From Reclinomonas americana ATCC 50394 (taxonomy: Eukaryota): a DNA stretch of 43,127 bases. Location of the stretch: assembly GCA_048213135.1 (NCBI GenBank), contig PS015502.1, forward strand, positions 39,993-83,119, in the 5' to 3' direction. This document shows positions 37,375-43,127 of this stretch, piece after piece (the stretch's first letter is position 1; every line of letters starts with the position of its first letter). Made by a program: the position numbers and the translations under genes. The notes beneath the pieces were generated by a model. It ran no database searches and was not told the origin of the DNA. It was given only the letters and a program-made list of their open reading frames with translations.

Positions 37375-38938
37375 TCAACTCAAAGTCCCTTGGGACGACA
37401 ATGGAACAGGGAAGCCACGGCGAAGGCGTGACAAGGGGTGCCGGACCGTGTGCTCACTGATTGCCAGCGTGCCCGTGCAGCAGCCACTGTGGCGCGACTG
37501 GTCCTCGTCCTCGATCGGAGCGGGCCACACAATGCCGTCTTTCAGCGGCAATTCGTGCCCCGCAGCCTCCTGCAACACGCGGACCACGTGCTCGCCAATG
37601 CCCAGCGACGCAGTGACACCCGTGGAGCGAATTCCCGCACAGGTGATCCACTGTCGCCCATCGACGGCCTCGATGATGTAATCCGACGTCTCACGAGTAG
37701 CCGGACGGAGGCCCACGTAGCCGACCACCGGCACTCCATCCTTGGCGCGCGCCAACTGCGGTACATGATGCGTCGCTAGATCGGCCAGACGTGCAGCCAC
37801 GGTGTCTTCCAGTGTTGCATACCGGGCAGCCGCAGCGTCGCGCTGTTCGTCGGGTCCGTCGTCGGCCGTCGGACCCACTAGCAGACCACCGTACAATGTT
37901 GGTGTCAGCAGAGCGCCCTTGGTACGCGCGTTGGGCACCGGCAGAATGATGGACGATAGCAGCTGGCGACCGAGTGCACCGTCGTACAGGAGAAACTGTC
38001 CACGTCGTGGCACAATGTGGAACTGACTGCATCGCGCGCGCGTGCCGGGGAGCAGAGTGAGTTACTGGATCCGGAGGCGACTGTGGATGGGGAACAGATG
38101 ACGCAACGGAGTGCGACAGAGCGCTTCGACATGGTCTCCGTGCAAACCAGCGCAGTTGATCACCCATTGTGCCCTGACAAGTCGTCCGTCTGCAGCGCGG
38201 ATGCGCCACTCACGCTCGATACTGCAAAACTCTGCCAATGCAACAAGCGTTAGTTACTTTGATTGCTTGCTTTGTTGGGATGCCGCGTACCGCACCTGCC
38301 GAGGCCACTGCAAAGTTGAGCAGCACGCTTGCTCCATTGGCCACCGCCTGCCGCGCATACGACAGCGGCACCTGCACCGGATCCACCGTGTACTCGCGCG
38401 GGATCCACAACGCACCGAGTGCCTCGTGCGAGAGAGCCGGCTCGCGCTGCCGCAACTCATCACGACTCACCAGCACCACATCGGCACAGCCGCGCTCCTC
38501 ACGCGCCACGCGCATGATCTCCGGCAGAGCCTCCTCCAGCTCCTCCTTGGTCCACGCAACCAGCAGCGCACCGGCTGCGTGGCGGCGAATGCCGAGGCGC
38601 GACAGACACGAGTCGGCGAGTGCGTTGGATTCGTCGAGACAGGCGGCCTCCAGTGTGCCTGGCTTCGCATCAAAGCCGCAGTGCCAGATGCCCGTGTTGC
38701 CTGCGGAGGCGCCGTTGGCCAGTGCGTCTGTGGCCTCGACAAGCACGCACGAGGCCGGCAGGCGACGCACGGAAAGCGCGCGCAACACTGCACAGCCGAC
38801 CACGCCGCCGCCAATCACACACACGTGGTGGCGATGGTCGTGCTCACCACTGCATGGTTCTGCGGTAGTGCTCTCTGTCGCGGCAGAGGGCGATGTAGAG
38901 TGGAGGTGGCGTAGGAGTACGCGAATGCGTGTCTCCAT
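37375..38938 (-). CDS. FAD-dependent oxidoreductase (GlpA/LhgO-like, DAO superfamily) with N-terminal PTS2
   Basis: Rossmann motif VCVIGGGVVG, GASAGNTGIWHCGFDAKPGTLEA, PRRGQFLLY, PVPNARTKGALLTPTLYGGLLVGPTA, YVGLRPAT, GIRSTGVTASLGIGEHV. Begins METRIRVLLRHL. Confidence 0.85.
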
Positions 38939-38981
38939 GTGTTCAGAATGCAACTAATTTTCCGATGATTTTCACTTTCGT

Positions 38982-41900
38982 TCATGATGAGGGACTGGGC
39001 GCGAGTGGCGAGTGGTTGCCAGACACTGTGGAGAGGAGATTGTGGTGAGTCAGTGGGTGAGACGACGTGTAGCGTCACAAATGTGCATGTCACGCAACTT
39101 GAACGGCGAATCAGTGAAGACGGCAGCGCATCGCGCGATGTCTGGCGATGCGATCGTTCGCGTCGGTGGGCGCGCTCCGAGGCCAGGATGGACACGTCGC
39201 GCAGATGCTTGGTGTGCTGGTTGAGGAAACCGTGTTGCATCTGCGCATCGTCGTCTGCAGCTGCAGCGGTAGCAGCGGCGGCGGCGCGAGGAGGAAGAGG
39301 CGGCAGCGGCCGGTGCGCCACTGGCACTCCGGTCACGATCGCGTCGTCCACTCCCGCCCCGGCGTGTGCACCCGCCACGGCGACCACGGCGGCACCGACG
39401 CTTGGTTTCTTCGGGCGCGGCGGATTGGACGAACCGGTGCCGGCTGTCGGCGAGGTACCGGGGGGTCGGCTACCGACCGTCAACTCGACCGCGGCACTGG
39501 TGCCTTCGTTTGGCAGCTTTGCCGGTGGTGGTGGTGGCGGTGGAGCCTGTACATGGCTGGTTAGTGACCTTACGAGCCCGTCGCACGCGCTGTGTTGCAC
39601 TCTTACCTCGCACTCGACGCACTGCACAAAGACGTCGATGGTCTCGAAAAACGATGGCATCGAGAACGTCTTGGGGTCTTCTGCAAAGTAGGCGCGCACT
39701 TGGTCCCGCAGTGCAGGCACACGCGCCGCATCTGCCAGCAGACTCTTGTATTGAGCCTCGTGCCGCTGTGTGAGGCAATACAATGAGCATAAAAAAGTGA
39801 ATCGAAGCCACAAGTCTGGTCCGGCGACATGCACACCTGCAGTTCAGAGAGAACAGCCGGACCGAGTGGGTCATGCGGATGTGACAACGAGGCAGCAGCC
39901 ACCTTTTGTGCCAGTTCCCATGCCGCGCGCAATTGGTTGACAGATTGCAAGGTGACTGTGTGTGCGTGTGTGAGTTAATGCACTCGTTATTGGAGAACGA
40001 GTAAAAGAAGAGACCAACCATCAACATTAACTGCGACAACGAAACAAGAAAACGTGAGCAACGAGACGGTGATGGAGGGCGATACAGTGCGTGGGACTCA
40101 CCGGCGCGGGCGTCGACAATGTGTGGAAGCTGTGACGAGGGATCATGAGGCGTTTCGCGATTGCGAGACCGTGTGTGCTGATGAAGATTTCAAATGCACG
40201 TACCTCAGAGCGCACGTCGAGCAAATCGTGTTCCGAGTGCGCAATGTGCTCCGCGATGCACTTGAGGAGTGTGGTGCCCCGATTGCTCCTCGTTTCCCGC
40301 AGCTATTGTAGTAGTGCGTGAGGAAGAGCTGTTGTGGGTGCGAGGACGAGTGTCGATACTTCGCTCACCTTGGTCAGTGACTCCAGCTTGAAGCCAAAGG
40401 TGTTACCGCGGTGCGTGTTGCCGTTGACGTAGTTGCCGATGGCGAGAACGACAGTGAGAAGCCGCACAAGCCGCCTACTTTGCAGCACCTACAGGAGGAG
40501 GTACACACACAATGTCACCGTCGTGTGCCCACACATGCAGCGGACTACAGAGCAAGCAAACCTCGGTGCACGCAAACACCACATCTTCCACTTTCTGCGA
40601 CACCATACACGCACTGGTTAGATCGCCACGAGGGAATGCCGCAGTTCCAACACCTCCGCTCCACTCACTCTGTGCAGCTCGTCCAGTGCCGCCGCACATC
40701 GAAGGGAGAACAACCAAGTGTTGAGTCGATCCAACAGGCGTGGCACAGCAGTCACCTGATGAAGGTACCGATCATCAGTGACACGAACCTCGTCGGGGCA
40801 GCACCGGCCTGCAGCACTCACCGCTCGAATGAATCGCTCCGGAGCATCCAGCGCGTCCTCTGGTCCCTCAAAGGACTGCACGAGAGTCACCTACAAGGCA
40901 TGGACCAACATCCAGTGAGCACGTGCTTGCCATCTGCGCTGCAGTTCTTTCAATGTAGACCTCATCCTCGGTGGGAATTTGCATCGCAGCGATCAGTGAT
41001 TCCACCTGTCGTGCCAGCAGGAATGGTTAGCTGTAGGGAGAGTGGACGGACTGCTCTCGACTGCCACGTGCCTTTTCTTCGGTGAGGAAGTTGCGGTCCA
41101 TCATTGCGATTGCGTGCTGCACACGGTCGAACGGGGGTTGCTCAAAGACGCGACGGACAATGATGCCTGCAGCAAAAGTGTACACAGAGTCAGAGAGGCA
41201 TCAACGGGCACATATACGTGTGAGGCCAGCCAGTTGCTTGCGAAACTCATGTTGAGATGTCGTCGTCCCTCCAGCAGCTGCAGTTTACGCACAGCTACGA
41301 AAAAACCACGGGAGGTGACATCACTGCCGAACGCGCTCTCCAAGCAGTCACAACATTCACGCAACTTGGCTTCGGCTCCGGCGCGGGTGGCCCGTTGTGC
41401 TCATCGTGCCGCACTGGTGCTGGCGCCGGTGCATCGAGAACACCGAACAACGTACACAGTCGTGTCTCATCCAAGTGCACCGTCGACACGAGTTGGTCCG
41501 TCTGCAGTGATCGATGCGGTCAGAAGCAACAGAAGGGTGTTGAGTGAGGAGGACGGCTCACCTTTCCCAGCTCCCACACAGTTCCCTTGAGCTTCTCGCT
41601 GCACACCGATGAGAAATCGACGACGGATGAGACACCGCTGACGAGACAGCTGCAGAGAAAAACACGACTCACAAAGGCAGCTGGCTCCACTGAAAACCTC
41701 GCATCTTCATCGGCGGAGTCGGAACATTGATCTTGCGCTGTGTAAACTGGTTTGGAGCAGGAGGGGCAGGTGGTGCCAGAGGACCCGGTGGAGCAGGTGG
41801 TGCGGGTGGTGCGGGTGGTGCGGGCGGTCCAGGTGGGCCGGGTGGGGCTGGCGGAGCGGGTGGCGCAGGTGGGGCCGGTCGTGCATGCTGCTCTTGAGGC

Positions 41901-43127
41901 CTGGGTGGAGCAGGTGGAGCGGGTGGTGCTGGCGGAGCCGGCGGGGCGGGTGGTGCTGGCGGCGCTGGTGGCGCAGGTGGCGCTGGTGGCGCTGGCGCAT
42001 GCTGATCTTGAGCAGGCGCTGCGCTGTGCGACCCGTTTGCTTGTCGCTGGCTGAGGGCGTCGTGGAGTAGTTCTTGCACCGCGAGGCCGAGCTGCATAGG
42101 CGTACTTTATGATACACACGTTCGCGCCTTGTGCTCCATCAAGATTCACACACACCTTGGACTTGAACGCGGCAGCGCGCAAACGCTCAGCAACCGATGC
42201 CGGGTCCGCATGAAGCACATCACGAAGCATGTCCACGTCTTCTTGCTGGCTGAGTTCGCGCTATGCGAACGACAAAAGCAACTCAGCAATCACAGCTACT
42301 GTCGATCGAGCGCGCACGCTTCTCACCGCCATGTGCTCTTTGTGCAGCGACTGCAGCTTTGCGCGATCGCTCTGCTCGATAGAACGGTCGGTGATGCCGT
42401 GACCTGGTGGAGAACACAACATGTGAGCACCGCATCACTTTGTTACAGAGTGCAATGGACACACCAGTCTCAAACTCGCGTCCAGTACTCTGCACAAAGC
42501 GTGCCAGCGCTCGCCAAAACACGGTCACCGAATCCGGTTGCCTGCCGTGTGCGTGTTAACGAGGTGGAGAAATAGCTGTGTCGTAAGCGCACGGCGACGC
42601 AACTCGTCAACATGCTGCGACACTCGCAGCAACTCCTGCAGTGCACGGATAAAGTGACCCAGCGATTCGCTGCTGTTGCTGAGTTCCACTGCGGTGGCAT
42701 CGGCAAGAGCTGCTGGATCCGTGACAATCACACAGCGAGTTAAGGAACACATCAAAGCAGTGCATCAAATGGAAGGCAAGGCACACAATTGACAAGAGCA
42801 AAGGATATTCAACATCGAGAAAGAGCAGGTCGTCTGACGGATCTCGGACCTCCTCTAGCAGTTCGTTGAGATGCTCAGCAACTTCACGCGAAATCGCTGA
42901 CTGTGTATCGAGCTCCTCGGCGACCCTCTGTCAGTATGCATGATGATGAGCGTGTGCAAGACCGGTGTTACACGGTCTAGAGATTCCAGCAGTGTTACCA
43001 TGCAGACGTCGACCAGGTGGGCGGCACGCAGCTCGCGCTTCAGCTTCCCGCGCATGTGCTCGGCCACATCCAGCATCACGTTAAAGTACGTGATGCAAGC
43101 AAGCTGCCACGTACGCGAGACACGTTT
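38982..43127 (-). CDS. Formin (FH3-FH1-FH2); 5' end outside the window
   Basis: FH3-like LACITYFNVML; FH1 (PPA)n; FH2 PMKMRGFQWSQL, KGTVW, LLEGRRHLNMSI, VLAIGNYVNGNTHRGNTFGFKLESLTKL, GTTLL, YFAEDP...FF. Inferred stop TGA 38984-38982. Confidence 0.93.
41006..41071 (-). other. GC-AG intron in the formin FH2 region
   Basis: AAG|GCACGT donor, GCTAAC branch, CAG acceptor. Joins NFLTEEK|VESLIAAM and removes an in-frame TAA. Confidence 0.7.
41757..42000 (-). repeat. Coding 9-bp degenerate tandem repeat encoding the (PPA/PPG)n FH1 domain
   Basis: The + strand shows repeated ggtggcgct/ggtggtgcg/ggtggagca units. The minus translation is APAPPAPPAPPA... Confidence 0.9.
42721..42808 (-). other. U12-type (minor spliceosome) AT-AC intron in the formin gene
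   Basis: Minus-strand donor ATATCCTTT (42808-42800), perfect branch point TTCCTTAAC (42747-42739), acceptor CAC| at 42721. Joins LFLDVE|DPAALAD in frame (phase 2). Confidence 0.93.

Noticed and set aside
41757-42000. Regular repeat array (CRISPR or minisatellite element)
   Set aside because: It is a degenerate 9-bp coding repeat of the formin FH1 domain with no unique spacers.

Overview
A very gene-dense, GC-rich eukaryotic genomic window, probably from a flagellated protist (taxonomy cannot be fixed from this sequence). It has many short spliceosomal introns (mostly about 60-120 nt, often with (CA/GT)n or (CT)n tracts) and two assembly gaps. I hand-assembled about 14 intron-split genes: PPP4R2 (partial), vezatin-like, a PX-BAR sorting nexin, PRPP synthetase, a claudin-like tetraspan protein, GCP6, an unknown coiled-coil protein, a CFAP96/DUF4586-like repeat protein, an Aa_trans amino-acid transporter, a BTB-BACK-SPRY protein, a very large unknown PH-like/ARM-like protein, a hypothetical protein, a PTS2-bearing bacterial-type FAD oxidoreductase, and a formin (partial). 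The most notable signals concern RNA processing. (1) Two frame-supported AT-AC minor-spliceosome (U12-type) introns. (2) About two dozen introns whose donors read GTTGCG(T)/GTTGAGT/GTTACGT/GTTATGT, i.e. the local consensus with an extra T at +3, suggesting a bulged or shifted 5' splice-site class. (3) One outsized 533-nt intron that folds into a G-U-rich structured RNA ending ACA-TTTTTT. (4) A GC-AG intron, a 12-nt microexon, and intergenic spacers as short as 25-85 nt. Gene boundaries are manual inferences from reading frames and splice signals; no database searches were run.
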